A stretch of 64,000 nt of DNA, from the NCBI GenBank assembly GCA_963699295.1, contig OY969432.1, forward strand, positions 3,531,001-3,595,000, written 5' to 3'. Under the pieces are notes generated by a model. That model was not told the origin of the DNA and did no database searches. It saw only the letters and a list, made by a program, of their open reading frames with translations. A program made the translations under genes and the position numbers. Below, piece after piece: positions 9,648-18,414 of the stretch; within the stretch, counting starts at the first letter, position 1; each line of letters starts with the position of its first letter. Source of the DNA: an uncultured Alphaproteobacteria bacterium. Lineage in GTDB: Bacteria > Pseudomonadota > Alphaproteobacteria > Rhizobiales > Devosiaceae.

Positions 9648-10501
9648 CAACCCCTGAGCAGACCCTCACCGACCAGGTCGTCGCCAGTTTCGACAAGGCC
9701 GACAATCCCCGCCTGCGCCAGGTCATGCAGTCGCTGGTGCGCCATCTGCACGCCTTCGCGCTCGACGTCGAACTCTCGATGCAAGAGTGGGAGCTGGCCA
9801 TTGGGTTCCTGACCCAGACCGGCCATATGTGCGACGACAAGCGCCAGGAGTTCATCCTGCTGTCCGACACGCTCGGCCTTTCCATGCTGGTGGATGCAAT
9901 CAATCACCGCTCCATCGAGGGGGCGACCGAAACCACCGTGCTCGGCCCCTTCTATGTGCCCCCACTCAAGGTGCTGGCCGCGGATAGTGATATTTCGGGC
10001 AGTGCCGAAGGCACGCCCATGCATGCTTCCTGCCGCGTGGTCAGCGCCGATGGACAGCCATTGGCCAACGCCTGGGTCGATGTCTGGCAAGCGGATGATG
10101 ACGGCTATTACGATGTGCAGCGGCCGGGACAGGAAGAAAACCTGCGGGCGCGCTTCCAGACAGATGCCGAGGGCAGGTTCTCTTTCTGGTCGATCGTGCC
10201 GACCGCCTATCCAATTCCCACGGATGGGCCGGTTGGAAAGATGTTGCAGTCGGCTGGTCGCCATCCCTATCGGCCGGCCCATATTCACTTCATGATCGGC
10301 AAGGAGGGCTTTGACACTCTTGTCACGCACCTCTTCATTGATGGCGACGACTATCTCAAAAGCGATGCCGTCTTTGGCGTCAAGGACCAGCTCATCATCC
10401 AACTGATCGATGCCGAGGCCGGCTGGAACGGCGGTGGCGAACTGGTTGGGGCGCACAAGAAGCTCTCCCATGAGTTTGGACTGCGTCCCAGTCAGTCCTG
10501 A
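9644..10501 (+). CDS. hydroxyquinol 1,2-dioxygenase (intradiol ring-cleavage dioxygenase)
   Basis: 285 aa. Has the intradiol core motif GRHPYRPAHIHFMI and the N-terminal helical domain typical of hydroxyquinol/catechol 1,2-dioxygenases. ATGA overlap with the upstream permease. Confidence 0.85.
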   Translation: MTTPEQTLTDQVVASFDKADNPRLRQVMQSLVRHLHAFALDVELSMQEWELAIGFLTQTGHMCDDKRQEFILLSDTLGLSMLVDAINHRSIEGATETTVLGPFYVPPLKVLAADSDISGSAEGTPMHASCRVVSADGQPLANAWVDVWQADDDGYYDVQRPGQEENLRARFQTDAEGRFSFWSIVPTAYPIPTDGPVGKMLQSAGRHPYRPAHIHFMIGKEGFDTLVTHLFIDGDDYLKSDAVFGVKDQLIIQLIDAEAGWNGGGELVGAHKKLSHEFGLRPSQS

Positions 10502-10538
10502 CTGACTGTCCCGGCCCAATTCGAAGGGCAAGACACTG

Positions 10539-10578
10539 GGGGCCTCGGCTGCAATTGCTGCAGCCGAGGCCCTTTTTT
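10539..10578 (+). terminator. rho-independent terminator of the ABC/dioxygenase operon
   Basis: 14-bp perfect stem GGGCCTCGGCTGCA/TGCAGCCGAGGCCC followed by TTTTTT. Confidence 0.85.
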
Positions 10579-10929
10579 CGTGGTTCTCGGGTAACACGGC
10601 ACGCGCGATGCCATCGACGGCCAAGGCCCACGTCATGGGGCGCACCCATGGTTAAGATCAAGGGGCCGGCTGCGCGGGGGGCGGCCAGGGTGGCGCGGCA
10701 GTAGCTGGCCGAGACTGCTCGCCTCTAGTGGCCCGGGCGTTGTTGCCGCATGAACTAACTGAATGAGCGGGCCTGGACAATGGCGCTGAGGTTTCGATCA
10801 GAATCGCGTCTTAAAACCTGATGAAATTTTCAGGTTTATGCATAAAGCAGACACATGTGTGCAGGCTTGGCGTGCATGAAGATCCCAGTATGTGTTCAGG
10901 GACGCAACAGCTCCCTTTCCTCTCCTCGG

Positions 10930-10969
10930 AAAAAACTATGGCCGGCGGTTTCTCAAAAGACCGCCGGCC
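10930..10969 (-). terminator. rho-independent terminator downstream of the P-type ATPase
   Basis: On the minus strand, GGCCGGCGGT-loop-ACCGCCGGCC is followed by ATAGTTTTTT. Confidence 0.75.
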
Positions 10970-11027
10970 ACTTTGTATTTGAAGTTTATTCCCCTGCGGT
11001 GGGAACGGGGGCTGGTCCGGTTAGACA

Positions 11028-13070
11028 TCACGCATTGGCCGGCTGCCGGAACCAGGTCTTGGTGCTCTGGCCGAACGAACGAGCGCCTTGCAACATGGTC
11101 TGGCCGGGCACCAGTCGTGCCGAATTCAGGATGAAGGCCAGTTCCGACCCCGTATGGATCATGGCCGCTTCCACGGGACCGATGAGGCCGGTCATTGCCG
11201 CGGCAATGCCCAGGACATCGACGATCACCGTTCCGGCAAAATTGAACCAGATCACCCGGCGCGTCCGGCGCGCCAGATGTACGGTTTCTGCAAAGCGCAT
11301 GAGGTCATTGCCGAGGAGGACGATGTCGGCTTTCTCGCGGGCAACTTCGGTGCCAGAGCCCATGGCGATACCTACGGAGGCGGTGGCAAGAGCCGGTGCG
11401 TCGTTGACGCCGTCGCCGACCATGGCGACGGTGCGGCCCGAGGCCTTGACGGCCTGGATGCGCTGGAGTTTATCGGAGGGAAGCAGACCCGCTTCGACAT
11501 GGGTGATGCCCAGATCTGCGGCAACGCTGGCGGCAACCTGCTCGGTGTCACCGGTCAGCAATTGTACATCGATGTTCATCTGCTTGAGACGCTCGACGGC
11601 ACGATGGGCTTCGGGACGGATCTGGTCCTCGATGATGATATGGCCAAGCAGGCGTCCCTGGCGCGCGACAAAGACGCGCGTGCCGGCGAACTCGCTTTCC
11701 GCGGGCAGGTTCCCGATGGCATTTTCAGTCATCCAATCCGAATTGCCGATGAGGATGTCGCCCTGGACATCGCTGGCCGCAATGCCGCGTCCCGGAACAT
11801 AGCGGAAGCCGCTGGCATCGTGAGGCTGGATTTCAAGATTGGCGGCATGGGCGATGATTGCCTTCCCCAAGGGGTGCTCGGATAGCGCTTCGGCCGTTGC
11901 CGCCGCGCGGAGAATGTCCTGGATGGATGCATCGCCCACCGGGAGAACATGGCTCACTTCGGGCTGGCCAAACGTAAGGGTGCCGGTCTTGTCGAGGACG
12001 ACGGTATCGACCTTGCCCAGCGTCTCAAGGTGAATGCCGCCCTTGATTATGGCGCCCATCTGCGCGGCACGGCCGATACCGCCAAGGATGGCGAGTGGGG
12101 TACCCGCCGCGACTCCGCAGGCGCCGGCCACGACGATCACGGCAATAGTGGAATTAACGTCGCCCCCGGTGATCCAGTATTCGAAGGCGGCAAAGCCGAG
12201 CGCAACATAGACGATGTATCCGGCAAGACGATCGGCCAGGCGCTGGACCGGCGCGCGGGAGCGTTCGGCCTCTTCGACGGTTTCAAGAATCTGGCCGTAG
12301 CTGGTGGCGCGACCAACGCGCTCGGCGCGGATCTCGATGGCCCCGGACTGATTGATGGTGCCGGCATAGGCAAAGCTGCCGGCGACCTTTTCGACTGGCA
12401 TGGATTCGCCGGTGATGCGGGATTCGTCGACAAACGAATTGCCGGAAACGACAGGGCCGTCAACGGGAACGCGGGCGCCAGGGGCCACCACGACGATGCT
12501 TCCAAGGGAGACATCGCCAATGGCGGCGGTGACGACCTGGCCGTCGCGGCGCATCTGCACTTCGTTGGGCAGCAGAGCCATGAGATCGCGAATGGCGCGC
12601 CGGCCACGCTCCAGCGTCATGCCTTCAAGGGTTTCGGCGATCAGCACAAAGAAGGTGATGATGAGGGCGACGAAGAAGTAGCCCGTATAGGCGGCCGCAA
12701 TGACGGCGATGCCCATGGAAAGTTCCATGGTCATGCGCCGCTTGCGCAGGCTTTCCCAAGCCTCCTCGAAGAGCGGCCAGCCGCCAATGACAAGGCCAAT
12801 GACGCCGTACCAGGAGAAGCTGAGATAGAGCTCATCGGCGAAGCTGACATAGGAATGGTCGGGCAATTGCAGCCACACGGCAAGGGCGCACAGACCCGTC
12901 AGCGCAATGCGGAATACTTCCACCGGGCCAAAGGCATGGCTGTGGTGGTGGCCATGGTCGTCATGATGATCATGATGATCATGATGATGATTTGGGTGAT
13001 GATCGTGATGCTGGTGACCATGATGGTCATGGCCATGATCGTGCCGGTCTGGGTGCTGGTGGGTGCTCAT
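11028..13070 (-). CDS. heavy-metal P1B-type ATPase with His-rich N-terminus
   Basis: Motifs TGES (ITGESMPVEK), DKTGTLT, SEHPLGKAI and GDGVNDAPAL are present. The N-terminus is HQHPDRHDHGHDHHGHQHHDHH.... Start set at ATG 13070 (MSTHQH) behind AGGAGGA. Confidence 0.9.
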   Translation of the reverse strand: MSTHQHPDRHDHGHDHHGHQHHDHHPNHHHDHHDHHDDHGHHHSHAFGPVEVFRIALTGLCALAVWLQLPDHSYVSFADELYLSFSWYGVIGLVIGGWPLFEEAWESLRKRRMTMELSMGIAVIAAAYTGYFFVALIITFFVLIAETLEGMTLERGRRAIRDLMALLPNEVQMRRDGQVVTAAIGDVSLGSIVVVAPGARVPVDGPVVSGNSFVDESRITGESMPVEKVAGSFAYAGTINQSGAIEIRAERVGRATSYGQILETVEEAERSRAPVQRLADRLAGYIVYVALGFAAFEYWITGGDVNSTIAVIVVAGACGVAAGTPLAILGGIGRAAQMGAIIKGGIHLETLGKVDTVVLDKTGTLTFGQPEVSHVLPVGDASIQDILRAAATAEALSEHPLGKAIIAHAANLEIQPHDASGFRYVPGRGIAASDVQGDILIGNSDWMTENAIGNLPAESEFAGTRVFVARQGRLLGHIIIEDQIRPEAHRAVERLKQMNIDVQLLTGDTEQVAASVAADLGITHVEAGLLPSDKLQRIQAVKASGRTVAMVGDGVNDAPALATASVGIAMGSGTEVAREKADIVLLGNDLMRFAETVHLARRTRRVIWFNFAGTVIVDVLGIAAAMTGLIGPVEAAMIHTGSELAFILNSARLVPGQTMLQGARSFGQSTKTWFRQPANA

Positions 13071-13189
13071 CCTATCCTCCTGTGGAACAGGCTCACTCAC
13101 GGCCTGGCTAGTGTCGGGGAGAATGAGTTGAGGATCGCGCATAATCCTGCACGATCCTACCAGGTTTTACGCCGATTTCGAGCGCAGGC

Positions 13190-13675
13190 TTAATTCAGGC
13201 CGGCAAAGGGATCGAAGGAGACATAGGTCTCGTGGCAGGAGGTGCAGGTCTTGGCCACTTTGTCCCATTCCGCCTGGAATGCCTCGACCGTCGTGGCCTC
13301 GGATGCCCGGCGGGAGTTGTCGGCCGTATCGCGCACCAGCTTGCGGAAGGCTGGCAGATCGTCCCAAATCTGCGCCGCGGCCGTGGTTTCAATGCCATCG
13401 ATAGCAGCGCCGTCGAGCGGCCTGGTTTCGGGCGGGAACAGCAGGGCAAAGGCATCAAGCGATGACGCGGCGGCGTGAGCCAGGTCGTAAAGCTCGTACG
13501 AGTACTCGGGCTCGGTCAGCCGCTCGTCGATCATGGTCTGGATAGAGTCGAGCTGGCTCATCAGGCCGCGGCGCGCTTCGATCATGGCGCCGGCCTCCGA
13601 ATTCACCTGTTGCGACTGGACGGGCAGGCAGGCAAGGGCGAGTGCCGCGATACACAACGTGGGCCGGATCATCAT
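13190..13675 (-). CDS. class II cytochrome c (cytochrome c-prime / c556 family)
   Basis: Signal peptide, a predicted helical body, and a single heme motif CTSCH about 15 residues from the C-terminus. Start chosen at MMIRPTLCIAALALA. Confidence 0.7.
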   Translation of the reverse strand: MMIRPTLCIAALALACLPVQSQQVNSEAGAMIEARRGLMSQLDSIQTMIDERLTEPEYSYELYDLAHAAASSLDAFALLFPPETRPLDGAAIDGIETTAAAQIWDDLPAFRKLVRDTADNSRRASEATTVEAFQAEWDKVAKTCTSCHETYVSFDPFAGLN

Positions 13676-13767
13676 CAACTCCCAGTATTTTGCGGGGAGC
13701 AGACATGGGGCCGAAGCGGAATTCCTGCACAAAAGGCGCAGGATATTGCCAGCCTTGGCCAGCGGGA

Positions 13768-14265
13768 TCACTTTTCGCCTTCGAGCTCGTCATCCTGCGG
13801 GCGCCATGTGGTCTTGCTGCGGGCGGGGGCGTCATTGATGCCCAGGCTCGCCACCACGCCTTCGGTGTCGGCGACCAGGTCCGCAATGGTGTAGGATTCG
13901 AGCACGCGGGTGAAGGCGCGCATGGCTTCTCCCAGGACGGTCTCGTAGACGCATGCCGCGCCAAGCGGGCAATGCGCACACTTCTCGCGGGCGCATTCGG
14001 TGAGGTCGAAGTCGTCCTCTGTGACCCGCAGAACGTCGATGAGGCGGATTTCATGGGCCGGAGCGCCGAGACGTACACCGCCATTGCGACCGCGCACGGT
14101 TTCGAGCAGCCCGCTACGTCCGACCGGAACCAAAATCTTGAACAGGAACATTTCGGAGACGCCAAAGGCGTTTCCAATGTCCCGGATGCGGCTAAGACCG
14201 GTACGGTTGGCCGCGCAGTACATCAGTGCCCGCACCGCGTAATTGCTCTGTTTCGATAGGCGCAT
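13768..14265 (-). CDS. Rrf2-family transcriptional regulator (NsrR/IscR-like, probable Fe-S)
   Basis: N-terminus MRLSKQSNYAVRALMYCA... and a cysteine cluster C-x5-C-x2-C-x5-C (TECAREKCAHCPLGAAC). Confidence 0.85.
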   Translation of the reverse strand: MRLSKQSNYAVRALMYCAANRTGLSRIRDIGNAFGVSEMFLFKILVPVGRSGLLETVRGRNGGVRLGAPAHEIRLIDVLRVTEDDFDLTECAREKCAHCPLGAACVYETVLGEAMRAFTRVLESYTIADLVADTEGVVASLGINDAPARSKTTWRPQDDELEGEK

Positions 14266-14292
14266 GCGGCACAGATTCTCCTAGCAGAGAAG

Positions 14293-14925
14293 CTATATGA
14301 TCGGCAACACGCTCGCAACGCCGGCCTGATAGAGCGAGGTCAGTCCGACCCCTGCCAGGATGCCGCCGCACACGCGCGCGTTAACGTAGAGCCGGTCGCC
14401 ATGCCAGGACGCATAGGCTGCCCACATGGCGCCCCAGGCCACGAGAATCTGCACGATGGCAAAGCCCAGCAGGTAGCCTTGGAGTGAGTTGTTTTCGCTG
14501 CCGATGATGGCCTGTGAATAGGCAAGCCCATGAAGGGCCCCTGCAGCCAGGAAGGTCCATTTGTGCCAGCGGCCAGAGTCATCGCGGCCCCAGGCGAGGT
14601 AGCCGCCGATCAGGATGGCACTGATCGGCACCATCCATTCGGAGGGCTGGAGCTGGGCGCTGCTGGCATTGAGTAGGCAACCACCAACGGTGCCGACCAC
14701 GAACCAGACGGGCAGCGCGAAGCCGCCCTGCGAGACGGCGGTGAGCACGCCCACAGCGACGATGAAGGCGATATGGTCTGCAGCGATGACGGGATGGGCA
14801 AGGCCCGATAGCAAACCCTCGCCAAAGCCGATCGGCAGATTGCCGCCCAGCGCATGGTGGGCAAATGCTTGGGTGCAGAAGGCGAAGAGCAGGACGGGGC
14901 TCAAGGCCAGTTTCAAATATCGCAT
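14293..14925 (-). CDS. HupE/UreJ-family Ni/Co transporter
   Basis: Signal peptide ending ...AFA followed by HHALGG. Contains the GLAHPV..ADHIAFIVAVGVL motif and about 6 TM segments. Start at ATG 14925 behind GGGAGG. Confidence 0.8.
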   Translation of the reverse strand: MRYLKLALSPVLLFAFCTQAFAHHALGGNLPIGFGEGLLSGLAHPVIAADHIAFIVAVGVLTAVSQGGFALPVWFVVGTVGGCLLNASSAQLQPSEWMVPISAILIGGYLAWGRDDSGRWHKWTFLAAGALHGLAYSQAIIGSENNSLQGYLLGFAIVQILVAWGAMWAAYASWHGDRLYVNARVCGGILAGVGLTSLYQAGVASVLPII

Positions 14926-15489
14926 TGCTACCTCCCGACACGCGGCAATCGTGCGTATGCGCATTTTGCGCAGGACGACCATCCTCACACTGCCCGAGAG
15001 ATCAGTGTCAAACCTGCACGCCATCGTCGCTGGCCTGTCTAAAACCACCGCTATGGGGCATTTCGGTCGAATCCGGATCTTCTAAGCTATTCCCGATCGA
15101 CTGCCGAAAGGGGCTCGGCGTCGTGGCTACCGGACGGCGCCAGGCCATGAGGCGGCCGATCTTTTGCGCATCACAAAACATTTGTGCGGGTTTGTTTTTT
15201 CTGCGCAGGAATACTGGAGAATATGAGCGGACCCCTAGTCTGATTGATAGTTTTGGCAGGACCTTTACAAGTTTTCTCCAAATATAATATTTATCCCGAA
15301 GCGGGTAGTGTGTACTAGCCTAGAATTTCTGGAGCATATTGGAAAATTATAATATCAGGATGAATTAGGTTATATAACACTACAAATCTATTGTGCGAAA
15401 CATGCAGAAATTGCGCGTGGATTCTGCCGGAAGCGGCCGTTCTTCGGTGCCCATACTCGCGACATTAGCACTAGAAGGAGGAGAGTTCG

Positions 15490-16602
15490 GTGTTAACCTC
15501 AAGAGCGGCATGCCTGATTTCGGCACTTGCCATGGCTGGGACGCTTGCCTGCGTTCCTGTCTTTGCACAAAGTGCCGGCGCTTCGGCCAATAGTGTCGAA
15601 TGTATTCCATTGAAGGAGCAGTATCCGGACCTGGGTACGCCTCAGTCTGTTTCGGCCAGCCGAGACTTTGTGACGGTCTGGGCTTCTTTCGACTTGCCTG
15701 GTGGCGGTTGCGGCTATTCGTCGGCCCAAGAGCATTATGATGCACTGCTCGCCGATACCAAGTCGCGCGGTGGTCCGACCCAGCACACCTTCGACACGCT
15801 TCCCGACTGGAGCGGCCATTTCGGTACCGAAAACAATACCGGCGAAGTGGCAATCGTGGGTCGCAGCTCCTCAACTGAAGGCATGGCTGTCCGCCTGAAG
15901 CCGGAAGCACGCGAGGTATTCCTGCGTGACGCGGACATGTGGAAGAAAGACCACGCCATCGATCCGCTGTCCTTCTGCCTGCCGCCCAACTACCCGCGCT
16001 GGCACACCGAATATGGCTATCGTGAGCACTTCCTGCAGCCCGGCAAGGCGCTGCTCGGTTCGGAAATGATGAATCAGTTCCGTCGCGTCTTCACCGACGG
16101 CCGTCCGCTGCCTTCGGAAGAATGGCTGACTAAGGAATGGCTTGGCTATTCGATTGGTTTCTGGGACGGCGACGTTCTAACCATCCTGACCAAGGGTATC
16201 CGCGAGGGCATCCTGCAGCGCAACATGCCGCGTCAGACCGACGAGATGGAAGTTGTCGAGCGTTGGCGCCTGGTGGAAGTGCCTGAAGGTCTTGAGATCA
16301 AGGCTCACTCGGCTGGCCCTGGTGCCTTTACGCCAAAGCCCGGCGATCTGCGCATGGAAATCGAGATCACCATGTACGATCCGACCTTCGTCGAGCCCTG
16401 GCACACTGTTGCTGCCTATTACAAGGAAGACAACTCCACGCCAGAGCTGAAGGAAATCGTCTGGCCGCACCAGTGGGACTGCGAAGAAGGCTCCAACTGG
16501 TTCATCAATGCCGAAGGCGTTGTCAGCCAATACGCTCCTGGCGAGAAGCCCGACATCACCAATCCCGACATGTGGTTCGACGAACGCTACGTGCACCAGT
16601 AA
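15490..16602 (+). CDS. secreted hypothetical protein (370 aa)
   Basis: GTG start after GGAGGAG and a signal peptide (...ACVPVFAQ). Internal blocks FCLPPNYPRW..., RRVFTDGRPLP and GYSIGFWDGDVLTILTKG recall an uncharacterised periplasmic family that I cannot name. Confidence 0.6.
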   Translation: MLTSRAACLISALAMAGTLACVPVFAQSAGASANSVECIPLKEQYPDLGTPQSVSASRDFVTVWASFDLPGGGCGYSSAQEHYDALLADTKSRGGPTQHTFDTLPDWSGHFGTENNTGEVAIVGRSSSTEGMAVRLKPEAREVFLRDADMWKKDHAIDPLSFCLPPNYPRWHTEYGYREHFLQPGKALLGSEMMNQFRRVFTDGRPLPSEEWLTKEWLGYSIGFWDGDVLTILTKGIREGILQRNMPRQTDEMEVVERWRLVEVPEGLEIKAHSAGPGAFTPKPGDLRMEIEITMYDPTFVEPWHTVAAYYKEDNSTPELKEIVWPHQWDCEEGSNWFINAEGVVSQYAPGEKPDITNPDMWFDERYVHQ

Positions 16603-16628
16603 GCGCGCGAAACCAGAGGACAACTCTT

Positions 16629-17039
16629 ATGTTCAAGAAGACTATCGCAATGGGCCTGATCGCGGGCCTGTCCATGGGCGCCTTCGCAGTCCCTGCCAGC
16701 GCGCACCACTCGGCCGCCATGTTCAACCCGGACGCGCAGATGACGCTCACCGGCACGGTGACCAAGTTCGATTATCTCAATCCGCATTCCTGGCTCTACA
16801 TGAATGTGAAGAACGAGGACGGCACGGTTACGGAATGGGGCTTCGAGCTCGACGCTCCGCCGCGCCTGCGCCGCGTTGGCGTTGGTCCGCAGAAATGGGT
16901 CGAAGGTGACGTGATCCTGGTGCGGACCAATCCCCTGCGCGACGGGCGTCCCGCCGGTTCGCTGGTGGGTGCACACCGCTCCGATGGCGACAAGCACGGT
17001 AACACCACCGAGATCCCGGAACCCCCGGTCATCGAATAG
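16629..17039 (+). CDS. secreted small protein, DUF6152-like
   Basis: Signal peptide ...AVPASA, then HHSAAMFNPD...LTGTVTKFDYLNPHSW. Matches my recollection of DUF6152 proteins (unverified). Confidence 0.65.
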   Translation: MFKKTIAMGLIAGLSMGAFAVPASAHHSAAMFNPDAQMTLTGTVTKFDYLNPHSWLYMNVKNEDGTVTEWGFELDAPPRLRRVGVGPQKWVEGDVILVRTNPLRDGRPAGSLVGAHRSDGDKHGNTTEIPEPPVIE

Positions 17040-17104
17040 TCGATCCAAGCAAGAAAAGGTGAAGGACGCTCAAGTCCTTCACCGCACGTTCAAGGAGGAA
17101 AAAC

Positions 17105-18244
17105 GTGACACTTTCAAAGCTTTCAAAGCTTTCAAAACTGGCATTGGCAACGGCCCTGATCGGTTCGACAGCCATTTCGGGTGCCCATGCATTCGGCGAA
17201 GCCGGCCCGATTTTGCTGCGCGAAATGGGTGGCTTCCTGGTCGGCGTGACCGCCGAGGGCCCCAATGCCGAAGGCCACTACAACATCTCCGGTCAGAGCT
17301 ATGTCGAATTCGGCCTGACCGCCGAGCCCAAGTTGCCGCATTCGGTGATCCTCGTGCATGGCGGTGGCGGCCAGTCGTCCGACTGGTTCAGCACTGTTGA
17401 TGGCCGTGACGGCTGGCGCAGCTATCTGTTGGCAGCAGGCATCGACACCTACTGGATCGACCGTCCGGGGCTGGGCCGCTCGCCCTCCAATCCGAACTAT
17501 GGTCCGGAAAATGCCCGCGGCGTCGTTGGCGGCAGCAACTACCCGCTGATCTCGGGCCTCGCATCGTCCAAGCTGTGGCCGGATGCCAAGCCGATCGAAG
17601 GCGAATGGGACCGGGCAGCCTGGACTGCAGCCAACCAGGGTAACCAGGGCGTCATCAACTGGGTCGCCTCCTCGCCCGCAGGTCCCTATGGTGGCAATGA
17701 CCTTGCGCGCAAGAACATCTTGGAGCTGCTCGAAAAGGTCGGCCCGTCGGTGCTGTTTGCCCACTCGGCAGGCGTGGCATCGACCCTGCAGGCAACGCTT
17801 GCGGCCCCGGCCGGTGCCGTCAAGGGGCTCCTGATTTTTGAAGGCGGGGTCAATCTGTACGACCAGAACACGCTTGGCCATGCACAGTTCGAACCGGCGC
17901 TGGCCGCCGATTTCGCACCGGTCGATGTGGACGGTTGTCTGCTTCAGCCGGAAGGCGCGGTCAGCAAGCTGGCCAATCTGGCCGATACCCCGGTCACGAT
18001 CATCCGGTCCCAGTATGGCAACCAGACCGACGCCCAGTTCACGTGCGCCGTAAGGCAGCTCGAACAGGCTGGTGTCGAAGCCAAGTTCATCCAGATGAAC
18101 GACATCGGCTTCCCCGATGGCGGTCACTTCATGATGAGCGATACCAATAGCGGCGAAATCGCAACGGACGTCCTGGTGCCGGTCATTGCGGCGCTCCAGG
18201 GCGCGGGCGAACTGCCGGCCGAGTGGACCATCACGGCCGACTAG
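17105..18244 (+). CDS. secreted alpha/beta-hydrolase-fold protein
   Basis: GTG start after AGGAGG, with a signal peptide. Oxyanion-like VILVHGGGGQ and nucleophile-elbow-like FAHSAGV are present. Confidence 0.65.
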   Translation: MTLSKLSKLSKLALATALIGSTAISGAHAFGEAGPILLREMGGFLVGVTAEGPNAEGHYNISGQSYVEFGLTAEPKLPHSVILVHGGGGQSSDWFSTVDGRDGWRSYLLAAGIDTYWIDRPGLGRSPSNPNYGPENARGVVGGSNYPLISGLASSKLWPDAKPIEGEWDRAAWTAANQGNQGVINWVASSPAGPYGGNDLARKNILELLEKVGPSVLFAHSAGVASTLQATLAAPAGAVKGLLIFEGGVNLYDQNTLGHAQFEPALAADFAPVDVDGCLLQPEGAVSKLANLADTPVTIIRSQYGNQTDAQFTCAVRQLEQAGVEAKFIQMNDIGFPDGGHFMMSDTNSGEIATDVLVPVIAALQGAGELPAEWTITAD

Positions 18245-18251
18245 CCTGATT

Positions 18252-18284
18252 GCGCCGGCCGTCACCGGCCGGCGCGTTCTTTTT
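18252..18284 (+). terminator. rho-independent terminator after the hydrolase gene
   Basis: 10-bp GC stem GCGCCGGCCG/CGGCCGGCGC with a 4-nt loop, followed by GTTCTTTTT. Confidence 0.8.
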
Positions 18285-18414
18285 CCAACCAGTGTGACGC
18301 TGTCGGCGCCGGCCGGGAGGGCTGGCAGGACGAGCGGTTCTCCTCCCGGCCGCTGGCTCTACACGACGTGTTTTTCGGCGGGGAGCGTTTAATCAGCATT
18401 CGTTGAGGGATGCC

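Noticed and set aside
12930-13040. Repetitive CATGAT/GATGAT tract that looks like a micro-repeat array.
   Set aside because: It is in frame within the ATPase gene and encodes the His/Asp-rich N-terminal tail. It is not a CRISPR or non-coding repeat.
14926-15180. Possible cobalamin (or NiCo) riboswitch in the ~250-nt leader upstream of hupE/ureJ.
   Set aside because: Read on the minus strand, I find only a GGGAA and a vague AGACAGGCC resemblance to the B12 box. The GGTG..AA..CC, GCCACTG and AGCCAGGAGACCTGCC elements are absent. A covariance-model scan (Rfam RF00174, RF02683) would be needed, so it is not reported as a feature.
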